From Octopus sinensis (taxonomy: Eukaryota), in NCBI RefSeq assembly GCF_006345805.1, contig NC_043021.1, positions 2,542,001 through 2,606,000 on the forward strand: a DNA stretch of 64,000 bases, in the 5' to 3' direction. Position numbers and translations under genes: made by a program. The notes under the pieces are model-generated. The model was not told the DNA's origin. It saw nothing but the letters and a program-made list of their open reading frames with translations, and ran no database searches. Shown here piece by piece: positions 1 to 12,745 of the stretch; position 1 is the first letter of the stretch, and every line of letters starts with the position of its first letter.

Positions 1-197
1 ATCTGGGACTGTGTGAGAGGATGGTTAAGTAATAGTTAGTTTAGATGTGATACAAAACAGAGAGTGAGGTGGAGGAAAGAGAATAGATGTGAGATATGTA
101 GGGATATTGTATTTCTTTTTTATCAATGTGTTTGTAGCTTTGAATTAATCATCCATATCTCTCACTATATAAGTGTGTGTGTGTGTGTGTATATATG

Positions 198-252
<55 letters not shown>

Positions 253-1084
253 CTTCTTGGGACAAAAAACTCTACTTGTAAAGACCTGTTGAGGCGAGTG
301 AAAATCAAAATCGATCAACATCAATGGAAATTGCAGCTGTGATACCAGTGCCGGTGGTACGTAAGAGAACCATCCGAACGTGGCCGTTTGCCAGCCTCAT
401 CTGGCACATAAAAAGCACCCACTACACTCAAGGAGTGGTTGGCGTTTGGAAGGGCATCCAGCCTTAGAAACATTGCCAGATCAGACTGGGCCTGGTGCAG
501 CCTTCTGGCTTCCCAGACCCCAGTTGAATCGTCCAACCCATGCTAGCATGGAAAGCGGACGCTAAACGATGATGATGATGATGATGATACACTTACATGC
601 TCTGACATGTGTCATGATACAAACACATTGATAAAAAAAAAATCATTCCTGAATCAATTTTCTGTTTGGTAAGTATGTCTACTTAATCCTTTTGATATCA
701 CCTCCATCTGGGACAGCCCATGGATCAATGATATGAATTCCATATTTTGAAGTGATCTGAATGAAAACCTGCTCTTGAAATTTCTTGTTAATTTAGGTTC
801 CAAACACCAGTTTTTGCAATGACAAAGATATTTTACTGAATTCATTTTTTTGAAAATTAATTGTAACAAAAATAATATTATTTTGACAGATATGGTGACA
901 AAAGGGTTAAAGTGATCTAAATTAAAACCTGCCATTAAAATTTTATGCTAATTTGTGTTCCAAACTTCATGTCAAATTTATTTTACTCAGTTAGTCATTA
1001 TTTTCAAAATTAATTAAAAACAAAGTATATTTTGATAAATATGGTAACAAAAGGTTTAAAGTGATCTCACTGTCTACTTTGCAG

Positions 1085-1276
1085 GATCGACTACAGCGCT
1101 GTGCCCTCGACTGCAAAGACCAAGTTCGTGACAGGATGAACCCTACCGCTACGGATATGACCCAGTATCGTGGAGAGCTCGAGTCTTGTGTACGGAAGTG
1201 CTCGGAGACTCATATTAATTTGATACCAACTCTTATGAAACGCATACGGGAGACAATAGCAGTACAGTCGAAGTAG
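1085..1276 (+). CDS. FAM136A: FAM136A-like protein, terminal coding exon (upstream exons lie before the window)
   Basis: Translates DRLQRCALDCKDQVRDRMNP...ELESCVRKCSETHINLIPTLMKRIRETIAVQSK*, matching the C-terminal CX3C pairs of FAM136A (human DRLARCTMHCNDKAKD...LDSCVTKCVDDHMHLIPTMTKKMKEAL). Phase-0 acceptor ctactttgcag|GAT at 1084/1085; TAG ends at 1276. Confidence 0.9.
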   Translation, partial: DRLQRCALDCKDQVRDRMNPTATDMTQYRGELESCVRKCSETHINLIPTLMKRIRETIAVQSK

Positions 1277-1924
1277 CACATGGACCTTGTAGTCACAGCA
1301 GAGTTAGAGTTCGGGTGGATGAACAGATGGATTGGGTGAGTGGATGGATGGACGAATGAGAGCAGTCATTGTTTATGTTTCCCTGTTGGTTTTGGTGCTT
1401 ATCCCTCCCGTGGACATATGCAGGTATCACCTGATCAAGAGAAACATTGCAGAGGTTTTCTTGTTGGTTGGGTGGATGGGGCAGAGGATATGAGGCATAT
1501 TGGTGGAGAAATGCAATTGGAATTACAAGAATTCTAACTGGAATTGCAACAGTTCTAACTAAGAGAAAATAAAATTCTTATAAAATGAAAGTGAAGCGTT
1601 TTGTGTTTGTTGTCATTTCTAGTCTTTGACAGCAATGAGTGTAAGCAGCAAGGACTTATTCCTGTAGAATGAACAAAGGAATTCTCACAATCGGTAAGAA
1701 TTCTTACTGCTGGTGTGCGACAGGTTTTTACTTCACAAACCTCCTCTAAGTAAGATGTATTTTGATGATAACAATTTAATTCTTCTAAGGTGGAAAACTT
1801 GCAGAACCATTAGCACACAGAGACAAAATGCTCAGCGGCTGAGCATTTTTTCCGTCTTTACATGCTGAGTTCAAATTCTGCCGAGGTCGACTTTGCCTTT
1901 CATCCTTCCAGGGTCAATAAAATA

Positions 1925-2163
1925 AATACCTATTTCTTTATTACCCACAAGGGGCTAAACATAGAGGGGACAAACAAGGACAGACATAGGTATTAAGTCG
2001 ATTGCATCGACCCCAGTGCGTAACTGGTACTTAACTTATCGACCCCGAAAGATGAAAGGCAAAGCCGACCTCGGCGGAATTTGAACTCAGAACGTAACGA
2101 CAGACGAATTACGGCTACGCATTTCGCCCGGCATGCTAACGTTTCTGCCAGCTCGCCGCCTTC
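1925..2163 (-). mobile_element. tRNA-derived SINE type B (representative)
   Basis: ggcgagctggcagaaacgttagc...ctgagttcaaattccgccgaggtcg..tttgcctttcatc..tcggggtcgataa; other copies at about 1750, 2290, 2535, 4030, 13130, 20870, 24920, 35250, 53293, 54385 and 61245. Confidence 0.85.
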
Positions 2164-2494
2164 TATAAAATAAATACCAGTTGAACGCCGGGGGGGGGGG
2201 GATGGTGTCAATGTAGATGGCATGCCCCCTCCTACAAAATTGCTGGCCTTGTGCCAAAATTTGAAAGCAATAATTTAATTCCTCTGTGACAAAATGGTTA
2301 GCACACCAGGCAAAATACCGAGCAGCTTTTCATCAGTCCTTATGTTCTGAGTTCAAATTCTGCCACGGTCGACTTTGCCTTTTATCCTTTCGGGGTCGAT
2401 AGATTAAGTACCAGTTGCATACTGGGGTCGATGTGATCAACTAGAACCCTCCCCACAAATTTGATGCCTTGGGCCTCCAGTAAATAGGATTATG

Positions 2495-2532
<38 letters not shown>

Positions 2533-3510
2533 CGAGGTGGCAAGCTGGTAGAATCATTAGCACGCCAGGTGAAATGCTTAGTGGTATTTCGTCTGTCACT
2601 ACGTCCTGAGTTCAAATTCCACCAAGGGCGGCTTTGCCTTTCATCCTTTCAGTAAAATGAGTCCCGGTTGCATACTGAGGTCAAATGTAATCAACTGACC
2701 CTTCTCCATACTTGCCAGCCCTGTGCCAAAATTTGAAACCAAAATTTCAATTCTTTTATTTTGTTTTCGAGAATCCATTCTTGCTTTCCAACAACGCATT
2801 GCAAAGGGTTCTACAAAATGTGGGAACACACACAAGAAATTATTGCTAAGAAACAAAAATAAACAAGAAGTGGAGCAAAAAAAACATTATCACAGGTGTG
2901 GCTGTGTGGTAAGAAGCTTGCTTCCCAACCACATGGTTCCAGGTTCAGTCCCACTGCGTGGCACCTTTAGCAAGTGTCTTCTACTAAAGCCTTGAGCTGG
3001 CCAAAGCACTGTGAGTGGATTTCGTAGACGGAAACTGAAAGAAGCCCATCGTATATATATATGTGTGTGTCTGTGTGTGTGCATGTGTATATATCTATAT
3101 ATAGGTGTGTGTCTGTGTTTGTCCCACCACCACCATTGGTGTTGGTGTGTTCCCGTCCCCATGACTTAGTGGTTCAGCAAAAGAGATCAATAGAATAAGT
3201 ACCCGGCTTTAAAAAAAAAGTACTGGGGTTGGTTCATTGGACTGAAATTCTTCAAGGCAGTGCTCCAGCATGGCCACAGTCCATTGGCTGATTAAAGTAA
3301 ATGATAAAAGATTTAATGATAAATATAATTTCTTAAATTATATGAAAAGAAATTAAATTATTTTAAAGTCTAATTCAAATGTTTGGTTTTGTTTTGTTTC
3401 TTCACAGAATGCTTTTTTTAAATTTTTTTTTTTTTCTGTATTTCTTTACTTCACTTACCTGGGCTTTGCCTGAGCAGGTATCACTTTACCTGGCTGTCTG
3501 GAGCAGGTAT

Positions 3511-3960
3511 AGTTAAGTTAGTTAAGTTAATTTTTTGGCTCAAAAAGCAAAAAGCAAGGCCATGTAGGGGGACATGGAGTTATGTACAGGGTGGTGTTCA
3601 TGTAAAGAGTTCAGGCCACTCGTGGTCAAGGGAGACTTTGAACCGAGCGGTCGTCGGCATCTTCACTATCTCGTCCAGCAGCTTATTCCACAGTTCCGCA
3701 ACCCGGACGGAGAAAGCCCCTCTCCTTCGATTGAGATGAAATCGTCGCAGATAGAGCTTTTCGGAGTGACCCCGCAGCCGACGCTCTGGAGCAAGAGTGA
3801 AGATAAGCTCTTTCGAGAGGTTACACTTTCCACTTATGATGTTGTGAGCAAGAATGAGATTACCACGGCGGCGGCGTTTTTCTAGAGAATAAAGGTCGAG
3901 CGTCCTCAGCCTTTCTTCAAAAGACAAATGCTTCATTTTACCTGCCTTGTAACGTGGGTT
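3511..3960 (-). mobile_element. CR1/L2-like LINE 3' end
   Basis: LSFEERLRTLDLYSLEKRRRRGNLI...LRGHSEKL...RRGAFSVRVAELWNKL is the typical CR1/L2 ORF2 C-terminus; short (TAACT)-like repeat tail at about 3511-3530. Confidence 0.85.
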
Positions 3961-4431
3961 ATGAAGTCTACAAAAAAAAAACCAAAATAAAGTAGGGATA
4001 AATATTCTGATATATTTTCCTCTACATGGTGGCGAGCTAGCAGAACCGTTAGCACACCGGGCGAAATGCTTAGCGGTATTTTGTCTGTCTTTACGTTCTG
4101 AGTTCAAATTCCGCCAAGGTCGACTTTGCCTTTCATCCTTTCAGGGTCGATAAATTAAGTACCAGTTGCGTCTTTCTCTTGTATCATACTTATCATCTTT
4201 TGAAGTATATTTATGTGTGTTTATCACTACCACCATTTGAGAACCAGTATTGGTGTGTTTACATTCCTGTAACTTAGTAGTTTGGCAAAAGCGATCAATA
4301 GAATAAGTCTCGAGGCCAATTTCTTTGACTAATAAAAACCCCTTAAGGCAATACTCCAGCATGGCCACAGTCAAATGACTGAAACAAATAAAAGAATATA
4401 ATTACAGTACTGCACAACACCCATGCCATTG

Positions 4432-4830
4432 GCATCTATAAAAAGGAGAGTAAGTTGCCCCTTAGACATGTATAAAAGGAGAGTAAGTAGCACCTTAGAC
4501 ATGTATAAAAGGAAAGTAAGTTGCCCCTTAGACATGTATAAAAGGAGAGTAAGTAGCACCTTAGACATGTATAAAAGGAGAGTAATTTGCCCCTTAGACA
4601 TGTATAACAGGAGAGTAAGTAGCACCTTAGGCATGTATAAAAGGAGAGTAAGTTGCCCCTTAGACATGTATAACAGGAGAGTAAGTAGCACCTTAGACAT
4701 GTATAAAAGGAGAGTAAGTTGTCCCTTAGACATGTATAAAAGGAGAGTAAGTAGCACCTTAGACATGTATAAAAGGTGAGTAAGTTGCCCCTTAGACATG
4801 TATAACAGGAGAGTAAGTAGCACCTTAGAC
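4432..4830. repeat. 33-bp minisatellite, about 12 units with A/B alternation (66-bp higher-order repeat)
   Basis: atgtataaaaggagagtaagttgccccttagac alternates with atgtataaaaggagagtaagtagcaccttagac. Confidence 0.95.
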
Positions 4831-5344
4831 AAGTGCTAGCAACCTCTTAATTTCCCGTGCCACAAACACAGTGAAGATGTTAGCAGCAGGATGTCAGATA
4901 AGCAACAAGGTGGAAGAGTCCCAGACCAACAGCTTGAAGGTTTTGGCAGCCAAGTGGGTACCAACTTGCATGGAAGCTGCTACAGCAATCCTGCTCATTA
5001 CTCTCTTGCGTACAACTGGGTATCTGGCAAGGCGACCTGGATTAGCCATCTGGTGGAGAGGGCAATGTCAACTGCCTGACTCATCATCGAAGATGTTTTT
5101 TTATCAACAGAATGGTCAACACTGACAACAGACAGCTGCTGCTGCTGCTACCGATGACAACACATATAATGCAAAAATACTCTGCCAATAGAAATAATCA
5201 ATAAAAAGAGAAATAGAATTTTAAAACCTATTCTTTCTGTGCAGCCCAATACTAAATGATTGACAACTGGTGGCTGGGGTCCCCTGGTCTAGAACGCTTC
5301 ACCATAAATGGAGACCACAGGTAAGTGGTGTATTATACTGAATT

Positions 5345-6098
5345 TATCAGCGCCGCCTCGACTGGCCTCTGTGCCGGTGGCACATAAAAAGCACCATCCG
5401 AACGTGGCCGATGCCAGCGCCGCCCCGACTGGCTTTTGTGCCGGTGGCACGTTAAAAGCACCATCCGAACGTGGCCGATGCCAGCGCTGCCTCGACTGGC
5501 TCCAGTGCCGGTGGCACATAAAAAGCACCATCCGAACGTGGCCGATGCCAGCGCCGCCTTGGCTGGCTTCTGTGCCGGTGGCACGTTAAAAGCACCATCC
5601 GAACGTGGCCGATGCCAGCGCTGCCTCGACTGCCTCCAGTGCCGGTGGCACATAAAAAGCACCATCCGAACGTGGCCGATGCCAGCGCCGCCTTGGCTGG
5701 TTTCTGTGCTGGTGGCACGTTAAAAGCACCATCCGAACGTGGCCGATGCCAGCGCTGCCTCGACTGCCTCCAGTGCCGGTGGCACATAAAAAGCACCATC
5801 CGAACGTGGCCAATGCCAGCGCTGCCTTGGCTGGCTTCCGTGCCGGTGGCACGTTAAAAGCACCAACCGATCATGGCCGATGCCGGACCGCCCCTGGCAC
5901 CTGTGCAGGTGGCACGTAAAAAGCACCCACTACACTCTCGGAGTGGTTGGCGTTAGGAAGGGCATCCAGCCGTAGAAACTCTGCCAGATCAGACTGGAGC
6001 CTGGTGCAGCCCCCGGCTTCCCAGACCCTGGTCGAACCGTCCAACCTGTGCTAGTGCGGAAAACGGACGTTAAACGATGATGCTGATGATGATGATGA
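5345..6098 (+). mobile_element. RTE-type 3' tail with eight internal 67-bp tandem units
   Basis: Units start at 5350, 5417, 5484, 5551, 5618, 5685, 5752 and 5819, followed by the standard tail and (GAT)n. Related tails occur at about 247-588(+), 8107-8612(-), 12030-12520(+), 34555-35212(-), 35957-36370(-), 52470-52855(+) and 55255-55636(-). Confidence 0.8.
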
Positions 6099-7015
6099 TT
6101 TCTCTGGGTAAACGATGGAGAGAGACAAGAACTCAGTCAAACTGACTTGCCCTACATACAACATGGGAAGAGAAAACTCTTTTGACACCCTCGTGTAGTC
6201 CAGTTTCTTATATTACTATCACATGATGATGTCACCATAGCAATGGTTGGGGATAATTCGTGTTTATTGATCATTATCAGATGTAGGAAGTTGAAACAAA
6301 AGCTTCACACTTTTTTTCAGTTTTTATGGTTTATTTAATATGCATGGATAGACTTGCGGCAATGGTCAAAACAAAGAAACGACATCTACACCAACAAATC
6401 AATATATCTAAAACTGGACAACCTTGACTTTAATGGCAAATGAGGATACAGTCTTTAAGCACAGGTCCAATGTGGTGGGTGGCGATGTCTGATACAGCAT
6501 TTTTATCATTCATGTAGAACAAAAGAAATTTGAACAATCAATACCAAAATTTTGCAAGCGTTTAAGACATGTTTTTTTCTGTTGTTACATGTATTGAAAA
6601 AAGTAACCAGTATGAAATGCGGCTGAGCTGCAAATAAACGATCAAATGTTGTTGACTATGGGGACTGATTGCATGTCAGTTCACCAGGTATAACCATTGT
6701 TACTAATAATAAAACATTCAAAACAGACCGAAATAGCACAGTCTTTTTAGCAGAAAGTTGAGAAAAATTACACATGTATGTATTATCTAGCCTCCTTGCC
6801 CTGACTGGCTCCTGTGCCGGTGGCATGTAAAAAGCACCCACTACACTCTCGAAGTGGTTGGTGTTAGGAAGGGTCTCCAGCTGTAGAAACACTGCCAGAT
6901 CAGATTGGAGCCTGGTGCAGCCTCCTGGCTTCCAAGACCCCAGTCAAACCATTCCAGCAAGGAAAACAGGCATTAAACGATGATGATGATGACGTAAGCA
7001 TGTGTGTGCATGCAA

Positions 7016-7345
7016 GGAGGTAGGCGCGTGGCTCAGTGGTTAGAGCATCGAGCTTACGATCGTGAGGTTGTGAGCTCGAATCCCGGACCGGGCTGCATGT
7101 TGTGTTCTTGAGCAAGACACTTTATTTCACGTTGCTCCAGTTCACTCAGCTGTAGAAATGAGTTGCGACGTCACAGGTGCCAAGCTGTATCGGCCCTTGC
7201 GTTTCCCTTGGACAACATCGGTGATGTGGAGAGGGGAGACCGGTATGCATGGGCGACTGCTGGTCTTCCATAAAACAACCTTGCCCAGACTTGTGCCTCA
7301 GAGGGTAACTCTCTAGGTGCAAACCCATGGTCAGTGTCTGACCGA
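7016..7345 (+). mobile_element. tRNA-derived SINE type C (V/Meta-like core)
   Basis: A-box TGGCTCAGTGG, B-box-like ctcgaatccc, core gtgttcttgagcaagacactttatttcacgttgctccagttcactcagctg; relatives at about 10405, 33145 and 47620. Confidence 0.75.
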
Positions 7346-7399
7346 AGGGGGTCAAAACAAAAAAAGAAAAAGACAATGCTATAAAAACAAAGAGACTGG

Positions 7400-7862
7400 C
7401 CTGGAGAAACGGTGGAAGCTGAGAATTATATCAGGTAGCCAGAAGGGCAGCTAGGTGAAAGGTTTACATAGCAAAGGGAATAGCTGAAGGTAAGAAGTTT
7501 GCCGATGCTCTACAGTGTGAGGTGTTCAGGATTGCAAAACAGTGAATCAGAGAGAATAGAGATGTGTGCGAATGGATAATGGCTTGCTTGCACTTGGTGA
7601 TTCAGAGAAGAAAGATTCGTGGAAGTGTCACTATGAAAGATTAGTAAGTGTGGAAAATGCATGGGAGAAGGAGAATCTTTCAAATGCTGAACCGAGGGAC
7701 CAGCCATCAGTGTTGATAGCAGTATAAGAGATAAGGCAATTAAGGATATGAAGACAGGGGAAGCCCCTGAGCCATCAGGAGTCACCAATGAGATGCTTAA
7801 AATATCTGGCAGAGTAGGGTACAGCCTAGGTACTCGTATAGTTTATCAGATTATCCAGGAAG
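7400..7862 (+). mobile_element. Degraded RTE LINE fragment (region upstream of RT)
   Basis: AIKDMKTG(K)APEPSGVTNEMLKISGRVGY-like translation, typical of RTE ORFs. Confidence 0.65.
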
Positions 7863-9059
7863 AAAAAAACGCACTGGTTTGGTCATTTGATGCATAAGAA
7901 TGAGGACAGGTACATAAACAAGGGCTGATCAATTAAAGTGGATGGAAGTTGTGGAAGAGGAAGGCAGGAGACTAAGAGTTCAAGACCAATCTCAAACGCT
8001 TGCGAAAGCGATGACAAAGGACTGAGGTATATGGCCCATTGCTGCACTCAAAATGACCCTCTCATCAGAAATGAACAGTATTGATATCCTTAAAGTACTT
8101 CAGTAATCATCATCATCGTTTAACGTCCGTTTTCCGCGCTAGCACGGGTTGGACGGTTCGACCAGGGTCTGGGAAGCCAGAAGGCTGCACCAGGCCCAGT
8201 CTGATCTGGCAGAGTTTCTACAGCTGGATGCCCTTCCTAACGCCAACCACTCCGTGAGTGTAGTGGGTGCTTTTTACGTGCCACCTGCACAGGTGCCAGA
8301 GGGGTCCGGCATTGGCCACGATCGGTTGGAGCTTTTAACGTGCCACCGGCACGGAAGCCAGCCAAGGCAGCGCTGGCAATGGCCACGTTCGGATGATGCT
8401 TTTTATGTGCCACCGGCACAGAAGCCAGTCGGGGCGGCGCTGGCAACGGCCACGTTCGGATGGTGCTTTTTATGTGCCACCGGCACAGAAGCCAGTCGGG
8501 GCGGCGCTGGCATCGGCCACGTTCGGATGGTGCTTTTTATGTGCCACCGGCACAGAAGCCAGTCGGGGCGGCGCTGGCATCGGCCACGTTCGGATGGTGC
8601 TTTTCATGTGCCAATAAAGGGCACTGGTGCTGGAGTCACATAAAAGCCACTGGTGTTGGTGCCACATGAAAAAGTACTCTTGTGTGTGCCATGTAAAAAG
8701 CTTCCGTTGCATTCTGTAAAATGGTTGGCATTAGAAAGGGCATCTAGCTGTAGAAGCCAAACCATAAAAGACTATGGAAGGTGATGATGATCCTGGCTTT
8801 GCCTACTCCAGTCAAACCATGAAGAACCCAGGCTAGCATTGGAAGATGGCTGTTAAATGATGATGATGATGATGATGATATGTGTGTGTGAGCAGCGGCA
8901 GTGGTGTTGTTGGTGATGATGACGATGATGACGGTGATGGAGATGATAAAAATAGCAATGATGAAACCTACGAGAATGAAGAAGAGGAGGAGAGGAGGCA
9001 GAAGCAGGAAATGGCGCAAGAAAATTAAAAGAAGAAGCAGGGAAATTCCACACTTGAAG

Positions 9060-9143
9060 AATGCACACACACACACACACACATATAAAGTATATACACA
9101 CACACACACATGCACAGACATAACAAGTGCCACACACACAAAG

Positions 9144-9185
<42 letters not shown>

Positions 9186-9592
9186 CACACACATAACAAG
9201 TGCCACACACACACACACATGCACACACATAACAAGTGCCACACACACAAAGTATATACACACACACACACACACACACATGCACACACATAACAAGTGC
9301 CACACACACAAAGTATACACACACACACACACACACACATGCACACACATAACAAGTGCCACACACACAAAGTATATACACACACACACACACACACACA
9401 CATGCACACACATAACAAGTGCCACACACACAAAGTATATACACACACACACACACACACACATGCACACACATAACAAGTGCCACACACACAAAGTATA
9501 TACACACACACACACACACACACACATGCACACACATAACAAGTGCCACACACACAAAGTATATACACACACACACTCACACATACATATAC
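9060..9592. repeat. Compound (CA)n minisatellite, unit about 40 bp
   Basis: Recurring cacacaaagtata(ca)n-tgcacacacataacaagtgc; a similar (CA)-rich compound tract lies at 13981-14507. Confidence 0.9.
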
Positions 9593-10688
9593 TTTCATCA
9601 CACTGGTTCGGCTGTATGAATGTACAAGTGTGTATGTGTGTGCGTGGAGGGGGGAGGGGTGGGAGTGTACAACTGGGGGGGTTTCCAAATTCCCCCTGAA
9701 CCCCCCCTCCTTACTGTTCCCTCTCCCTCTCACCCCACCCACTGCTAACAACACATTCTTACACTTTCCTTATGGTTTCTTTTTCACTTTTTCCTCTCCA
9801 TCATCACAACCACCACCACCACCACCACTACCACTACCACAGTCATCGCATGTATGTATGTATATATATTACTCTTTACTCTTTACTCTTTTACTTGTTT
9901 CAGTCATTTGACCAGCGGCCATGCTGGAGCACCGCCTTTAGTCGAGCAACTCGACCCCGGGACTTATTCTTTGTAAGCCCCAGTACTCATTCTATCGGTC
10001 TCTTTTGCCGAACCGCTAAGTGACGGGGACGTAAACACACCAGCATCGGTTGTCAAGCAATGCTAGGGGGACAAACACAAATACACAAATACAGACACAC
10101 ACACACACATATATATATATATACATATATACGACGGAGTTCTTTCAGTTTCCGTCTACCAAATCCACTCACAAGGCATTGGTCGGCCCAGGGCTATAGC
10201 AGAAGACACTTGCCCAAGATGTCACGCAGTGGGACTGAACCCGGAACCATGTGGTTGGTTAGCAAGCTACTTACCACACAGCCACTCCTGCATACATACA
10301 TACAAGGTGCTGCCCCAGCATGGCCACAGTCTAAAAACTGGAACAAGTAAAAGACAAAAGGTATTATAACTGACACTATGCACACATATATATATATATG
10401 CATGAAGGTGCGTGGCTTAGTGGTTAGGGTATTCGGTTCACGATTGTAAGGTCGTGAGTTCAATTCCTGGTGACATGTTGTATCCTTGAGCAAGACACTT
10501 TATTTCATGTCACTCCAGTCCACCCAACTGGCAAAAATGAGTAGTACCTGTAATTCAAAGGGCCAGCTTCATCACATTCTGTGTCACGCTGAATCTCCCC
10601 GAGAATTACATTAAGGGTACACATGTCTGTGGAGTATTTAGCCACGTCGTCATGGTAACTAACAGAGTTCTCCTTCTGTATATATATA

Positions 10689-10724
<36 letters not shown>

Positions 10725-11392
10725 CTATCGCAAAAGCCGCTCTATAAGCTGCCTTTTAAGCTAGCTCCTGTGGAGGGCCCCTCATTGGATCTTGGGCCCA
10801 ACAATGACACTTCATTGAGTATATACTCTTTTATTCTTTTACTTGTTTCAGTCATTTGACTGAGGCCATGCTGGAGCTCCGCCTTTAGTTGAGCAACTCA
10901 ACCCCGGGACTTACTCTTTGTAAGCCCAGTACTTATTCTATTGGTCTCTTTTGCCGAACCGCTAAGTGACGGGGATGTAAACACACCAGCATCGGTTGTC
11001 AAGCAACGCTAGGGGGACAAATACAGACACACAAACATACACACACATATATACATATATATATACATATATACGACAGGCTTCTTCTTTCAGTTTCCAT
11101 CTACCAAATCCACTCACAAGGCATTGGTCGGCCCGGGGCTATAGCGGAAGACACTTGCCCAAGATGCCACACAGTGGGACTGAACCCGGAACCATGTGGT
11201 AGGTAAGCAAGCTACTTACCACACAGCCACTCCTGCGCCTATATTAAATTCTATTAAACTTGACAAATATTTTTTGAGCAATGAACAATTTTCATTAAAA
11301 CAATGATTTGTCGACTTGGAACTTATTGCAAAGCTTCATGACAAACAATATTTTTGTCTTGCCATTGGGGTGTTAGTACAATTTTTTTCTAA

Positions 11393-11424
<32 letters not shown>

Positions 11425-12636
11425 CTTTCTGTTGATTGTTTTCAACCATCGCCATCACAACTGCCATACACCATTCAGACTTCTGATGCCACCACCACCA
11501 ATACCTTCGCCTTCACCGCCTTCTCTTCCACCACCATCACCACTCTCTTTCACATCATTTACTATCAACGTCATCCTTGAGCACCTCAGCTACCACCACC
11601 ATCACGATCATCACCATCGCCTCCGCCTTTATCACAACTACAGCTCATACTATTTCTAACACCCCATTACCATCACAACCATCAATCTACTATCCCCTCT
11701 CACCATCTACTATTATACTCACCCCAACATGAGGAATAGTCGAAGTGTCATGAATAGTGAGAGAGGAGTCGAAGTGTGACACACTGACACACAGAAAATT
11801 CGTTTTGGCATTTAATATTTTTACATATATACATAAAGAAAACAGAAAATGGAGAAATATTGATGAATGACAATTGACTTACATTATTATTATTTATTAA
11901 TTCAATACAAATAGACTGCATCCCATGTATTGGATTGAATTAATAAATAATAATTGATGCAAGTCAATTGTTGTTCATCAATATTTCTCCATTTTCTGTA
12001 TTCTTTAAATTTTATTTCTTGATAAACTCATGTTTAAATCGATCAACATCAATGGAAATTGTAGTTGTGATACCAGTGCTGGTGGCACATAAGAGAACCA
12101 TCCGAACGTGGCCGTTGCCAGCGCCGCCCCGACTGGCCTCCGTGCCGGTGGCACATAAAAAGCACCATCCGATCATGGCCGTTGCCAGCCTCGTCTGGCC
12201 TCCGTGCCAGTGGCACGTAAAAAGCACCATCCGATCATGGCCGTTGCCAGCCTCGTCTGGCCTCCGTGCCGGTGGCACATAAAAAGCACCATCCGATCGT
12301 GGCCGTTGCCAGCCTCGTCTGGCCCCCGTGCCAGTGGCACATAAAAAGCACCCACTACACTCACGAACTGGTTGGCGTTAGGAAGGGCATCCAACTGTAG
12401 AAACATTGCCAGATCAGACTGGGCCTGGTGCAGCCTTCTGGCTTCACAGACCCCAGTTGCACCGTCCAACCCATGCTAGCATGGAAAGCGAACGTTAAAT
12501 GATAATGTTGATGATGATGAGCATAATATGTTTGTATATGTATGCCCATGGTTAAAGCATACGTGATATACCAGTAGTGTAATGGATGCTTCTATCCCTT
12601 GGACAATTATTTTAACCTCTAACTCCCGCTAACCTA

Positions 12637-12683
<47 letters not shown>

Positions 12684-12709
12684 GCTTTCAGACAGTTTTT
12701 CTAAATCAG

Positions 12710-12745
<36 letters not shown>

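Noticed and set aside
6100-6780. Hidden gene in the repeat-poor stretch
   Set aside because: Manual translation of candidate frames gave only short ORFs with no recognisable homology or consistent splice pairs.
7016-7100. tRNA genes at SINE heads
   Set aside because: A/B boxes are present, but no complete cloverleaf is evident and each runs into a SINE body; treated as tRNA-derived SINEs. tRNAscan-SE would confirm.
8744-9911. 336-aa and other Cys/Val- or His/Thr-rich ORFs (also 13721-14545 and 36068-36731)
   Set aside because: Translations of (CA)n/(TA)n microsatellites.
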